DNA of 64,000 nt. Source: Ophelia neglecta (lineage: Eukaryota). The stretch is taken from NCBI GenBank assembly GCA_965285935.1, contig OZ260662.1, positions 87,854,001 to 87,918,000 on the forward strand, written 5' to 3'. Positions 36,375 through 49,200 of the stretch are shown piece after piece; position 1 is the first letter of the stretch, and the number at the start of each line of letters is the position of its first letter. The notes under the pieces are model-generated. The model was given only the letters and a program-made list of their open reading frames with translations, was not told the DNA's origin and did not search any database. A program made the position numbers and the translations under genes.

Positions 36375-38307
36375 TAATTGGAGAGTACTTCAAGCTAGTA
36401 TCCCCAGCCGTACAGAACCGTGGTATGAATAAACTCCCGGTATGAATACGTCCTGTTTCTCGGTTCCATTAGTCACTGGTGACAAGCTTTTGATTTTTTG
36501 GGGACTCTACAAAATTGTGTGTGCCCTCGGGCTATTAAATCATTTAATCATATAAATGTATTTATATATAGAGATTCAAACATTTTGGCAATGAGGGGAG
36601 TTAAAAACACCGATCGTAAATCATGTCCTGTTTATTTCAGTGAAATTTTTCTATGGCAATGGAATGTCTCGTGGTTTTCATATTATCAACTAGAAGCACA
36701 GCTAACAAGACATGAATTGAGGATTAACTGGTACAAATAGAAGTGTCTGGGCAGCCCACTGCTCGGCATAGTCCCTAAGCAGCCACACGGGTAAATTGTT
36801 TGAACCACTAACAGTTAGCTGTACTAATTTTAATAGAGTTGAAAGTGTTTACATCACTTGTTCCACTGACATTATTTATTCACCCAGTACCGTTTAATAG
36901 TTACAAAAATCGAGTTAGGCTAGTTTTCACAACGCGGGCAATATTTTAGAAGCACAATGTTTCCGCCATCTCATACGTACCAACATGAGAAATTGTTCTG
37001 TTATATTTTAACAAAGAACGTAGTGATATCTTCATGTAAAATTTCTTTCCAGCTAAGCAATATATCTAAGTCTTTAGATGAAATCTGAAATGTTTAGAAA
37101 TAATGAAAGTTGATTCAGAAGTATATTATGGTATAATGGTATGCCTTAGGTCTAGAGTGCCTTTAAGAATTTGTGATTTGTTTGGGTGTCTTCAGAACAA
37201 AATAATAACATAAATATTACATGGTTACAGCCAGTGCAGAACGTATCTCAGTAACTTCCTGTCTTCCCTCTTCCCCTATACCAAGGCAAATACATACACC
37301 TTCATTGAATTTTCAGAATTTGAGTTAAAATATCTTTACCATGCATTTGAGTAATAAGTGGACACTTTTCGAAAGAAAATTCATTAAATATACAAAGTTG
37401 CGAAATGGAAAAAAGTAAAATTGTTACAGTGTGCGCAAACATTTCATCTAGGCAAATGCCTGGTGATATTAATAAATGTGCCTCCAATGCCCGATGTGCC
37501 ACAACACCTGTGGGGTTTCTGTGCATTTAGAGAAGGTGCGCTTGAGCATCCGGCCCCACCCTGGGACAGGGAACCAATATCACGCCCTTCAGACGCTGCA
37601 AGTTTTCAATGTTGGCCCCTTTGCCTAGATTATTGTCGAAGAGAATTCCTAGACATCCGCCGTTTGCTCAACCTCAGCAGTTTACCATACTTATTTGTCA
37701 ATTGCTTCAGATCTACAGCGTGTCCATCAAGGTAGAGTTTTACCGGAAAGATTAATTTGCCAATTTTCAAGCCAGAAGAGCTAGAACAACGTCTTTTCAG
37801 CGCAACATTTGTATTGGGACTCGCCGTATTTACAGTTACTAACAGTAAGGAATTACCCCCATCCGTACAACGTTATATGTTTTTAAAAGCACCCCTTGTG
37901 TTTTATATCATTTTGTATATACATATAATTATTTATGCATCAATTAATAAGTGGATTTTTCAAAGATTTTAGATAACTTTTCATAATTTCTATTATCTAT
38001 TATTTGCGCTTGGGTACTCTTTGTCACCGGAGGCGATTTAAAATTATCTTATTGCCCTCCGACATGTAGAGATAAAGATAGTGGAATATCCGGAGGATAG
38101 AACAGTGCGCGACGATTAAACTTTCGATTTCACAGAAAAAACTGAAGCCACCGAAACAGAGTACAAAACAGCAATGTTTTTATTAGGTATGGTTCTATTG
38201 GGATAGGCAGTATGCGTAATGTGACAAAAATTCAGCAATGTATGTAGGCGAGGCGTCAAACCTTTCGATCCAACAGTAAAATCATTTTTAAAAAGGAAAC
38301 ATAACAA

Positions 38308-38485
38308 CAGTAAAACCTGGTCTAAAGGGCACCTGGAAATTAGGGGCACCTGATAATAAGGGACAGCTACATTATAACCCAAATTATCGTTTTATATGTA
38401 AAACAACCTTGAAATTAGGGGCACCTTAGAAAACAGGACACTTTAACACAGTCCCTAGTCTGTCCCTAATTTCCAGGTATCACTG
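38308..38485. mobile_element. Related Tc1/mariner-type MITE
   Basis: cagtaaaacctgg...ccaggtatcactg-TA with internal gggcacc repeats. Confidence 0.75.
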
Positions 38486-41011
38486 TATATAAAAGGCAAT
38501 ACATGCATGAATGACAAAGAAGAAATTAATAGCGTTCTTAACTCGTCATAATATAATTTTCGATGACAATTGAAATAACATTTTTTTTGAAACTGAAGTA
38601 AATTAGTAAATTATTAGATATAACTTAATACATGTATATGCAATTAAACACGTACAATATAATATGATTTGGATTTGACTGCTAGAAATACCCCCAGAGC
38701 AGACCTATCCTATTAAGCATAGGCCTAAATCCAAAATAACCGCCCTTTTCATACAAATGGGGTCGGGCAGGTTTTGATCATATTTCAGCTACCAGGTGAG
38801 GTTCTTGAATACAACAATCGATAAAAACAATAAACAAAACCTATTAGATAAAATGGGACACTGTACCTTGTAATCGTATGGCGCTAATTTGCTTATACTC
38901 AACATGGTCGTCAAATTTGAATAAAAATGACAAATGTTCGCATGAGGAAGCTAAAATAGAAATATAGTTTTCAAAGGAAATGAAACAGGCAGGCCTGGAT
39001 ATGAATAATTTTATGCACCTTATCATTGGCTGAACCCTGTGTACAGAATACGATAAGCCTGTCACATTTGTCTGAAATCAACTAATTTTGTTATCTCGCA
39101 GCTGCAAGGTGATTATTACAGGGTCACGATTTACTCAGAAATATACTCCTAATTTAAAATGCACATGTTTGATTGGCAGAACCGTATTAGCATGAACCCG
39201 ATATGGCAGCATTCGTCCACCCCTAAAAAAACAGTGAACCTTGTGAACACCTATGTAAAGGGATTTGGAGCGAGTGAAGTTCGTCACTCTGGCTACAGAA
39301 ACAATCCTGGTGATCGATGCCTTAGTAATCAGTATTTAGGGGCCTGTAAAGAAACCTGTGGTGGCAGAACGGTCGGATGAAGCGCGGGAGTGAACACCCG
39401 GCAAAGAAACCAGAATTACTAACCATTTAATACCTGGGAGATATGTTTTTATGTGAATAAAAAGTTGGTTTGCCATTTGACCCAAATAAATAGTTAGCTT
39501 CCAAATGTGTGTGAAAAAAAGTTTGTCTTGCAATGCGTGTTATGAAAATAGATTGTTGTCAGCCACCAGATGTATAAAACATCTGCCAGAAACTGCTGAA
39601 AAAAATTAAGTGGATCAAAGATTTATTTAGGTATACTGCCACACTTGAATAAAATGAACTTGAACATGAACTTGAGTGAAAATGAAGTACGATTTGCTAG
39701 TCCTGATGTTTAATAATATATTCCTACTGTATTGATACTTCTGGATACGGGATAACATAATGGTTCCTGTATAATTGTGTCCGGGAAAAAAGTTTGTCTC
39801 TGCCACCTCGGGGAAAATTGTTTGCTTTTGATTAAGGAGAAAAATATTTTTAGCTTTTTGTTGGTCAGAAAGAAAAATCATACCCCCCAAGTAATAATTG
39901 GTCCGTCCCTTATCAGAAATTATGGTTTACATTTGTCAAAATTCATCAAGATCCGTCAGCAGAAGACCTTAAACAAATGATGTCAATTAGAGGTCAAATG
40001 GAATTAATAGGAATCTTATATAGATGGCCATCAATAACTTATATGTCCGATCAGCATAAAGCTCAAGCAAACAATTTAGACATACAACGAGATCAAACAA
40101 GTTGCCTGAAAATGCGAACTGGAAATAAGGCCTAGTCCGGTTTCATTTGCAGCTGCGAAATACCAATGGTACTCAAAATGCATTTAAATTTGGCAGCCAT
40201 ATTGGATTTTCGCAAATAAAGCTCAACCGATTTTAGCCATTCTGCTTTATTTTTCATTTCAATGTGTTAGCAATTTTGTGCTATATGCCTTTAATTGATC
40301 CAAATGGCAGACAGTGGCCATTTTAGTCAAATTGGATTTATGAACATAAGCGCCATACGCTTTTGAAGTAAACAAACATTTTGTGCCTAAATGGTTCAAT
40401 ATAGCCTTCCTTTTTTGTTTTAAAATCAATGACAAAAAATCCTCAACTGGTGGTTGAAATAGGAGGGAGAAAAACCTGCCCGATCCCATATTTAGGGAAT
40501 CCATATGGGACTTATGCGCATAAAAAATGGTCCCCAAATGTGAGAATTCTACATCCGATTAAATATATCATTATATGTTCCTCAAACACGAATAATCAAC
40601 ACAAAGCATCAGCCATCTTTAGTTTATGGAAGACTGAATACATGGATGAGCTTCAATATGTGGGAATTTCCTAGATCCAAATACCTATTTATAGATACAA
40701 AAAAATTGTAACATATAGAACAGACAGCAAAATTTCGAACACGTCATATCCTATATTTGCATAAATTCGAATTAAAATAAATGCTGCTAGAAATAATTGG
40801 TATCTATGCTTATATGATTATTTACACTGTGTCTAGGTTAAATGTGTAAAAATAAATATACAACCCATGGAATTCATCGGAAGAATTTTTTCTATAATGC
40901 CCCCTCCCCCCCCCCTCCCCCCGCGCAAACATAATAAACGACCAAGGACATAAGGGTGGGAATAAATTAAAGGCAACCGATAAAATAAGTTTGTTCTATC
41001 CCTATTTGGCT

Positions 41012-42184
41012 CTATGCCTCTTCCATTCTTTTCTCGCGTTGAACCAGATAAATATAAAGCACAACAATCAAAATGAGCTGATATATCCACAGTTTGCCGA
41101 CGTCCAGCAAATCGCTGAGCTTTCCACTCCTGTTTAAATTACGCTTTGGTAGACTGGTACAGTTTCGGCTGAGTTTGCGCATTTCGTTACACGACCACAT
41201 TCCGTGAACGGCCGACGTATCGGCCGGCGATTGCATCCACCTCAACATCTCGCCGACGGTCACTAACCACACGTGATCATAATTTGGTGATGTCACTTCC
41301 CACAGAAAGCGCTTAACAGCTTTCTTTATAGCTTGGTTTCGTATTGCTTTCAGGTTTAAATTCACCACCATCGGTGCCCGATTCTTTGTCATCCTACTAT
41401 TCAGATTGTCCATTAAAAGTTTAAAAACTTCGTCGTCGTTTTTCATAGAATACCCACACGTGTGTAAATAAGGACAATACCGCAGCAGCTGCCAAGAATA
41501 AAGAGAGACAATCGGTATCTCCCAAAGGTCGACTGGAGTGTCCTTGAGACATTCCTCTTTATGACATTTGAAGTTAATGGAAGGGGGCTTTAAAACGGCG
41601 TTTAATGTAAACGGCCAAATCGGCTCATTAATGTTGTCGTATATCAGCGAGGAATCGTAGGTCAGTGATACACTTTCAAATAGCTTGAGGTGGCTGTCAA
41701 CCGTCCCAAGTGTCTCCTTCCGCCCTCCGGTGAGCTCGTCGTAGGGAATAAAGGCTTTTTTGGAGAGTGCCTTGCGGGCGGCGATCGTATAGTTGGGGCC
41801 AGCGACGGCAATCTCGTGTCCTCGTACGTACATAAGATGGGGCTGACAGTAATCCGTTTTATCGCCGATTTCGTCATTAGTCTCTGGTTCGTCCCTGAGA
41901 AACGTAGTAATACCCATCGGACAGCTGTTTGGATTTCTGATTGTATCTGGGAAGACGCTGGCCAGTTCTCGCCTGATGTCCTCCGTGAGGGAGCCGCTGA
42001 AGGTGAAGGACACCATCTGAGGGGTGGCGCTGATATCCAGCTCTCGCGGGATCTCGTACGGCTTACAATAACACTCAGGGAGGTAACACGATCCTCCACA
42101 CTGCCGCAACACACCGGCAGCCTTCACACTTACGACTAGAAAGGCAGCCAATCCGATGAAATGATGCATTTTAGTGTGCCACAT
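41012..42184 (-). CDS. Chitin deacetylase-like (CE4/NodB fold) membrane-anchored protein, probably catalytically inactive
   Basis: 390-aa single-exon ORF: signal peptide, C.LPECYC, PQMVSFTF, NPNSCP, GHEIAV, YDSS, WPFTL, LWEIP, NRAP, VWLVT..MLRWMQSP, and a C-terminal hydrophobic helix. Splice acceptor about 18 nt upstream of the ATG. Confidence 0.85.
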   Translation of the reverse strand: MWHTKMHHFIGLAAFLVVSVKAAGVLRQCGGSCYLPECYCKPYEIPRELDISATPQMVSFTFSGSLTEDIRRELASVFPDTIRNPNSCPMGITTFLRDEPETNDEIGDKTDYCQPHLMYVRGHEIAVAGPNYTIAARKALSKKAFIPYDELTGGRKETLGTVDSHLKLFESVSLTYDSSLIYDNINEPIWPFTLNAVLKPPSINFKCHKEECLKDTPVDLWEIPIVSLYSWQLLRYCPYLHTCGYSMKNDDEVFKLLMDNLNSRMTKNRAPMVVNLNLKAIRNQAIKKAVKRFLWEVTSPNYDHVWLVTVGEMLRWMQSPADTSAVHGMWSCNEMRKLSRNCTSLPKRNLNRSGKLSDLLDVGKLWIYQLILIVVLYIYLVQREKRMEEA

Positions 42185-43236
42185 CCGATGTCCAACTTGT
42201 ACCTAATTATCAAGTCACATTCGCACCATTACACAATTGTCGGGAAACCATACACTGTCGTTAGTACATAAGCACACGACAGTCTAGATTAAATAAAATA
42301 ACCTTTAGTGTATAAACATTTCCGAATGAATATTTCTTTGAAAATCCCTCTGGTCTAAGAGCCAGTAATGTGTAAATTTCTAGCCGCGTATAGTCATTGA
42401 TGATCATTAACCTTACCGGTCAGATTGCAGAGCCCCAACGTAACTCCATTGTCTTAAGCTTGCTTGTATGCTTGGAAATAACCACACCAGGAAGCTCGCT
42501 GAATGACTCAATGGTCTGTTTGAAAATACCAACTGCGTGCTTTTTCGCGCGCCAATGATATGGGTGGCATTTTTTGGCACCCTTTCGCGCTTAAGAAAAT
42601 GAAACTTGGGATAAAAGACTTGCATTCAAATAAACGGAACACCAAAAATTATGAAAAGACACCGGCCATTATAAATCGATTAAAAATAAATAAAGTAGGC
42701 CTGTTTAACATTGCCCGTTAGGCCTTTTTAAGATGAATATTATTAGGCTTGGGGGTTTATGTATCTAATTAAAGTTACGCCCCATTATTATCATAATAAT
42801 AAGGACGCCTAACTTCTTATTACGATTAGGCATATCTTGTTGTTCATGACAAGCAGGCTTGTGTCTGCCGTGGCTGATGATTACAAGATAAAGATGCAAA
42901 CCATATTGTGCAAGTATAAAACCAATACATTTTAATACAGAATCGATCAATTCCAACAATATAGAAATCATATAACCTTTGGTCCACATTCTCCGCTACT
43001 GACTCCTATCTCGGCGCATATGCACATTGGAGCCTGGTGGTCAGCGGTGGACTAAAAGACACAACTCATGGTCTGTTTGGCTAGTCTGATTTGCAAAAAT
43101 ATCGTCTGCTTATCGACATCTTAACATCTTAATTAGCAAAGAGACGATCGTGAATCATCGACCTTTTAAATGAAAACTTGCCTTTTCAAAGTTCTGATTA
43201 CTAAGTTCCGTCCCGTATATAGTTTACTTACACATG

Positions 43237-43280
43237 TATATATATATATATATATATATATATCTATATATCTATATATC
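43237..43280. repeat. (TA)n/(TATC)-type microsatellite
   Basis: Direct inspection. Confidence 0.9.
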
Positions 43281-44342
43281 TATATATCTATATATCTATA
43301 TGCATATTCTTTTGATGAGATTTTAGTGCCACGCTCTCGTTTTTCGCCGAAAAATGTATCAAAACATTCAAGAACCCTTGGTTTCGGCGCTTGAAGTCTG
43401 TTTTGGCTTTTTTCGCAACACACTCCGACAGATGACACAAACACGCACACATCGTTTCCAAATTAATAGCAGCAATTCGCTCGAGGGAATTCGTAAACCC
43501 TGAGTTTTATAATAAGCGCGCTGAGATTAAAAACTATGCATTGGAATAGACAAGCTACCTGTTTTATAGTTTCATTTCCTCAAAGAGAGATTCATTGTGA
43601 AGATATCATGGCATAACGTACTGAACAATTTTACAGGGCGAGTAGCACAACAGGCAAACAGTTGTAAGGGCGATTTAAGAACCCTCCCAAACTCCCTGCC
43701 CCCCCCCCCCCCCAGAGTTACCATCTTAAGACATTAGAAATTACTGTCACAAAACTTTTAATATTATTATAAATAATGATAGTATTCAGCTTAAACAATT
43801 ATGACTCTGAGCGCCTATATCAACGGATACTTCAATATGTATAAGGACTATAATAAATATATTTGTTCACTGCAATATTTAGGTCCAGCCATGAACTTTC
43901 TATATAAATTGGTTGGGATGAAGAAAACTAGTGAATTAGTCAGCTATTATAGGTAGATATGAATCGATGCGTTTTCAGCCCACCTTAACCGACAAATCAT
44001 CGGGGCAAAAAGAAAACCTCAGTATTTTTGTTTGCTTATCGAAACTTAAGTAACTATAGGCTATATATTCTTTCACGGTGTGTGACTTAATAGCAACGGG
44101 GAAAAACTTTTCCTCCTATAATTACTGCGCGTACCCAAGCCTGGTGCGTACCGGTGAACGCTTAAGTTTCAGAAGTCAGGGGCTGTCTAGAGCTATGTTT
44201 CGCCCGCCATCGAATATCGAATATGGTCGCTATATGAACATCATATATGATATGTATATAATCGGAAGGGAATAGGCCCATAATAGGCAGAGGGGTATAA
44301 ATATGGTAATGGACCCCATGAGAGACCATTGCCAGGGGAAGG

Positions 44343-44749
44343 CAGAGGCGTAGGAAGGAAAATCAAAGTGAAGGGGCAAAAAAGTGCATAAAAGTGTTGG
44401 GGCTAAAACATATGATGGCCCCGCACAAAGTGAAGGGGCAAAAAAGGGGCAAAAAAAGCGGCATAAAAAGTGTTGGGGCTAAAACATATGATGGCCCCGC
44501 ACTTTTTTAGACGGGGGTCATGCCCCCCTGCCCCCCCCCCCCAAGCTTCCTACGTCACTGTAAATTGATTTTTACATGTCAAAAAAACATTGAACAGCCA
44601 ACTGAGAATAGATGCTTCTGGCCACCGCCGCATTACACCGTTTTGAAAGGGCAAACAGTAAGAGGGCATCATTAAAAAGTGAGGCCCCCTCACTTTTTAA
44701 TGTTGGGGGTCCATGCCCTGCCCCCCCCCCACCACTTCCTACACCACTG
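44343..44749. mobile_element. MITE with CAGTGGCGTAGGAAG-type TIR, 5-bp TSD and an extra internal right end
   Basis: Left end cagaggcgtaggaag; right ends cttcctacgtcactg (44560) and cttcctacaccactg (44749). gaagg on both sides. Internal ~60-75-bp tandem duplication. Confidence 0.75.
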
Positions 44750-47700
44750 GAAGGTGGGGCAAAGCGGGACACTTCCGTTAGTCTTTGATCGAAATAAGAA
44801 TTGTACGATCATGCCACAAAAAAATCAATGAGAAGGCAGACGTTTCAATAGTCAACACGTTGACTTGACTCGATTGATTAAATTTATAATTCTATATGTT
44901 CTAGGAGCGTTCGAATTATTTGTTTGATACGTCCCTCTTTCCCCCTACATGGGGCAAAGCGTGCCTCTTATAGGCCTATTTGAGTTCATCTATGCCCACA
45001 TAACATTCGTCGCCAGCGACAGTTTATGCCACACGGTCATATACGAGTTCATAGGGCCTTATTTTATTGGGGGGATTAAACCGTGTTTATGTTTATTCGC
45101 GTGAAAAAAAGTTGGTCGTATTTTTCCCCAGTGACAGGAAAGGAAATGTGGGGAAATTACGGAACCGTTCCCTTCAGCATTTTGTTTGTACCACGAATGT
45201 CTGGAATGACATGCGCATTTACTACTTCCATCATAAATTGACAAACAAACAGAAACGACAAACATAGATTCCGTAATGGTTAATCATGTTTTTTTAGGTC
45301 CTGTAAATAGAGTGGCATTACGGTAGTACATTTTTACCTCAGTCCCTGCCGTACAGATGTCTCGATTTATTCAGCCGAATCACTTTTCTATACGTGTAGA
45401 CCTATACCACGCACCAGCAAATTTATCCGTCTTATAACGAATGAGAAAGTCATTAAAATAAAGGGAAACACATATGAGATTCTCAAATGTGAAAATAAGC
45501 CCAACTCACTAGACACATACCTTAAGAGGACTCTATTTCAGTTGTATAGATGATAGGCATATTATGTGATTAATTAATTACAATCTCTTCATCGCAATTG
45601 ATCGTTTCAGTCATTCGCGTGTATAAACGGCAAACTTCCCTTAAACAATTAAGATGCTAAATTTCATTAATTGTCAACGTTACAAATACTTGAAAGATCA
45701 TGTAGCTTCTCGATTCATGATCTAGTTTCCTGTGCAAAATGCTACAAGCATGATTTGAAACTAGCTAATATGTTATGTTTCACATCCTTTGGCTTAAAAC
45801 TTGCACTGCAAATAATTGTTAGTATTAAGGATGCATGATTCCTAAACAATTTATTGTGTTATCATAATTCACCGGGGATAAATATCAGTTTTCCCCTGTA
45901 TCCGGTTTAAGGGTTTGGTGACAATTTGGGAGTATCACTAAATTAAAGTTCCTTGGCATGTGCATCGGCATTGTACTTTAATGAAACAAGAAGTGTTTAA
46001 ACGGCAATGCTTATGTTCCCCAGGTAAATCTTGTTATAGTTTCTTTCATAAATATTTTAATCATTTTCATTGCCCCCACCGGCATTTGTTTTGGGTGTAG
46101 CTCGGCAACCGTTAGGCCCACAGTAACTGTATTCCACAGGTATGATATATAGCTTAGGAAATCTGTTTGAAATAGCTGGTGCCACGCTTGTGCCTACATG
46201 TATATTAAAAAAAAGGTATTTAACACGTAAATGAGCGAAGGGAGCCCATCTACAAATCTATTATTATGGTTTCAAAAATCTTAATGAAAGTCAGCATATA
46301 GAGGGTCACTGAGGGATATATTTCGACTACTTTGTTTCTTCCCCAATTCATTTATTCTCAACCATGCACACAGATTTTATGACTTTGTGTCGGTTCGTTT
46401 AGGCTATACAACACTGTGCGGTTTTAGAAGTATGCGAAGCGCTTGCTTTTGGTAGTGGGATAGCTATTCTATTGACAAAGCCACTCTTTATAAGTGATGG
46501 TTCTATCTTCTGGTAGTATATTTTTGCTAATCCCCAAACGTTGAATGCACGCGTCAGACGCGCATTCTATGAGCTCATAGCCGCTTCTAAAGCATTCGCC
46601 ACTCGCGCAACTCGCGACGCCCTCTCGGCTGCGCTAGTTGCAATATACTGTATTACTTTATTTAGTAGTCCGTTTAAGTTGGTTTGAAGACATCTTTGTC
46701 AAGAGTCTTATCATTTTCCTTGTCATTCATCACGATCCTTACCTAGATTGAATTAACCAGCCTTAGTCTTGTTGCACTGGTTGACTTGAGAACGAGATTT
46801 TGCCGTGATGCCATGATTACGGATGTTATTATATGAAGCCTGCACTACTAATCGTTTTATATATATAAAGGCCTATATTTTTTTACAGCTACGGATGGCC
46901 CCAAGCGACTGCATAGTTAGTCGTGTAATCCACATCTTGCACTGCAGAACGTCCACATAGTAACATATTTAGGGGCAGACCCTTTAATACCTGGGAAGGG
47001 GGGGGTATGGTTTTTTTGTGAAAAAAAAGTGTAGGCTGCAGTGAACTAAATAGCAATTATTCCAAGCAGTGCTGCCTCCTGGTAGGTGTTCCAGAGGTCT
47101 TAGGGCAATAATAAATTTGGCCAAGCTGACCTGTGAATGGCCGGTATGGTATTGTTTTTGGATTTTGGGATTGATTGATTGAGAAAAACACATGTGGATA
47201 TTTATGGGTGCACTGTGCGGTATGGCTACCACATGTGACATAAACAAGTAAACTGGCAAATTTTTCTTCACTAGCCTCTTGCTTTTTTTGGTACATTTGT
47301 TTTTGTAATGATTGGGAGAGCTCGTCAATACTTTCACTAAATAGCCAGTTTGGCAGGGGTTAAAACTGACAACTTTTAGTAATTGTACTTACCTGGTCAA
47401 ATAGGCCTATCTCCCATTTGTGTTGCTGGAGAAAGAGATGTCATGTGATTTCCAACAATTTTACTACAGGTAGCCTAGGCATCACCCTTTGATGTTGACC
47501 TGTCCGAACAATCTTAATACAAAACAGTTATATCGAGTGTTTGGGGAAAATTTTGAGTTCTTCATTGAGGTGATAGTGAACTGGCAATATTACTCGACCA
47601 CCAGAGGTATGCCGTAAATCGTGACTGTCAATATATGTATATTAACGATAATTCCGTGATTTTTTCTTCACACAAGAAATGGTTTGGACACGCTGAAAGA

Positions 47701-48029
47701 TAACTTAAGTAGGAGTTTTTACTGCAATCCCATCCACGAAACGACGCATCACAGATCAAAGTCCTTCGAACACCGAGTGATCCCCAAATCTAGTGATTTA
47801 CCACGTCCATGTGTTGGTTCTTGCATGTGCTGATTCAACTCAACTATTTCTTTAAAACCAAGAAACCTCCCAAACTCCGAGTCACATTAATTTTTGACGA
47901 GAAACTTGAAGTCACTCGGTTCTAAGTCAAAGCCTTAGCCCTAGAGAAATCGTCAAACAGAAAACAAGCGGAATAAAATTTTAAATCTGGACAGTGAAGC
48001 AGTAACGCTTTTATTTTGACTGAACAGGG

Positions 48030-49200
48030 CCTTGAAACAGTTCCTAAATATTTCTGTTTTGGTGAAAATACTTGGAATTGGTGAAAATGATAGATCCTTG
48101 TTCTACTTACTTACTTGCCCTTACATGGGTCTTTTTAACGCCACCAGGCCGTTGACCATTTCATTAAAAAATGACAATTTGTTTTTCCGTTTCCTGTCGT
48201 CCAATGGTTTCCACTTTAGGTCTCGGAGCATTTCGGTGACACAAAGCCCACTGCTATACTTGAATCTGGCAGGCCGTCTCTGTACAGCTTCCAAGTTCTT
48301 TATATGTCGTCTCTTAGGTATTGGTGTTGTACTGCTGTACTCCGGGATTCCTCCGACCAGTGATGTGTAGGCAGTGTTCTTTACATGTTTTTTTCCACCT
48401 ATGGAGCTTACACCATAGGAATCCAAGCGTTCTGTTTTTTCTTCTTCACATTATTGTCGGTGTGTGGTGTCCATTTTAAGTTTTCATTTGATAATACAGA
48501 AAGGCAGGGGTTTCGAGTTACTATAGCTGTATCGTCTGGTTACAGAGGCTATAGGTGAAAGTGCATGGTGTGCGTGATCTGATGTAGAATGTCATTGGTT
48601 GTCCCAAGAGCTGTGTCTTCCAAGAGTCTCTAGAGCGCAATCCATGCTGCAGGTGAGTGTGTTATGTTATTCCAGGTGTGACTTAATGAGGCTGCAAATT
48701 ATATGATCCAAAATCTTATAGATACTACAGTTTAGTAAAAGTGGCCTGTAATTTGCCGGATCATGTCTATTTTCTTTTTTGAAGATAGGGTGAGATGTAA
48801 GCTGTGGTCCAGTTTGGGTAGTGATCCTGAGTTAAATGAGTGAATGAAAAATTTGGCTATGAACGGCATAATCTTGTGGGCAGTCTCTTTAAGAAATCGC
48901 TTTGGAATAGTGTCCGTGCCGAGTGCTTTATGGGGGTTGATTGCGGCGAGTAGCTTTGCAATACCTGATGATGTTCTAGAAATGTGTGTGATGCTGGATC
49001 TCTAAGTGTGGGCTGTTCGTTACTGATATTGTACGTGAGCACTGATTTGAACTGATGGTTGAGGGCTTCCTCTTTTTCGAATCTGTAATTTAGAAGGCTG
49101 TCTTCTTTCTTGAGAAGCGCCACCCCAGCACTGTCCTGCCTCTTTTGTTCCTCATACTTCCAGAATGGTTTAGTGATTGTTCCAATGTTCATAAGTGGAA
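48030..49200 (-). mobile_element. Decayed LINE ORF2 remnant
   Basis: EALNHQFKSV, PANYRP, NLEAVQRRPARF, LKWKPL..R.R..LSFF.EMVNGLV, with frameshifts and deletions. Confidence 0.75.
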
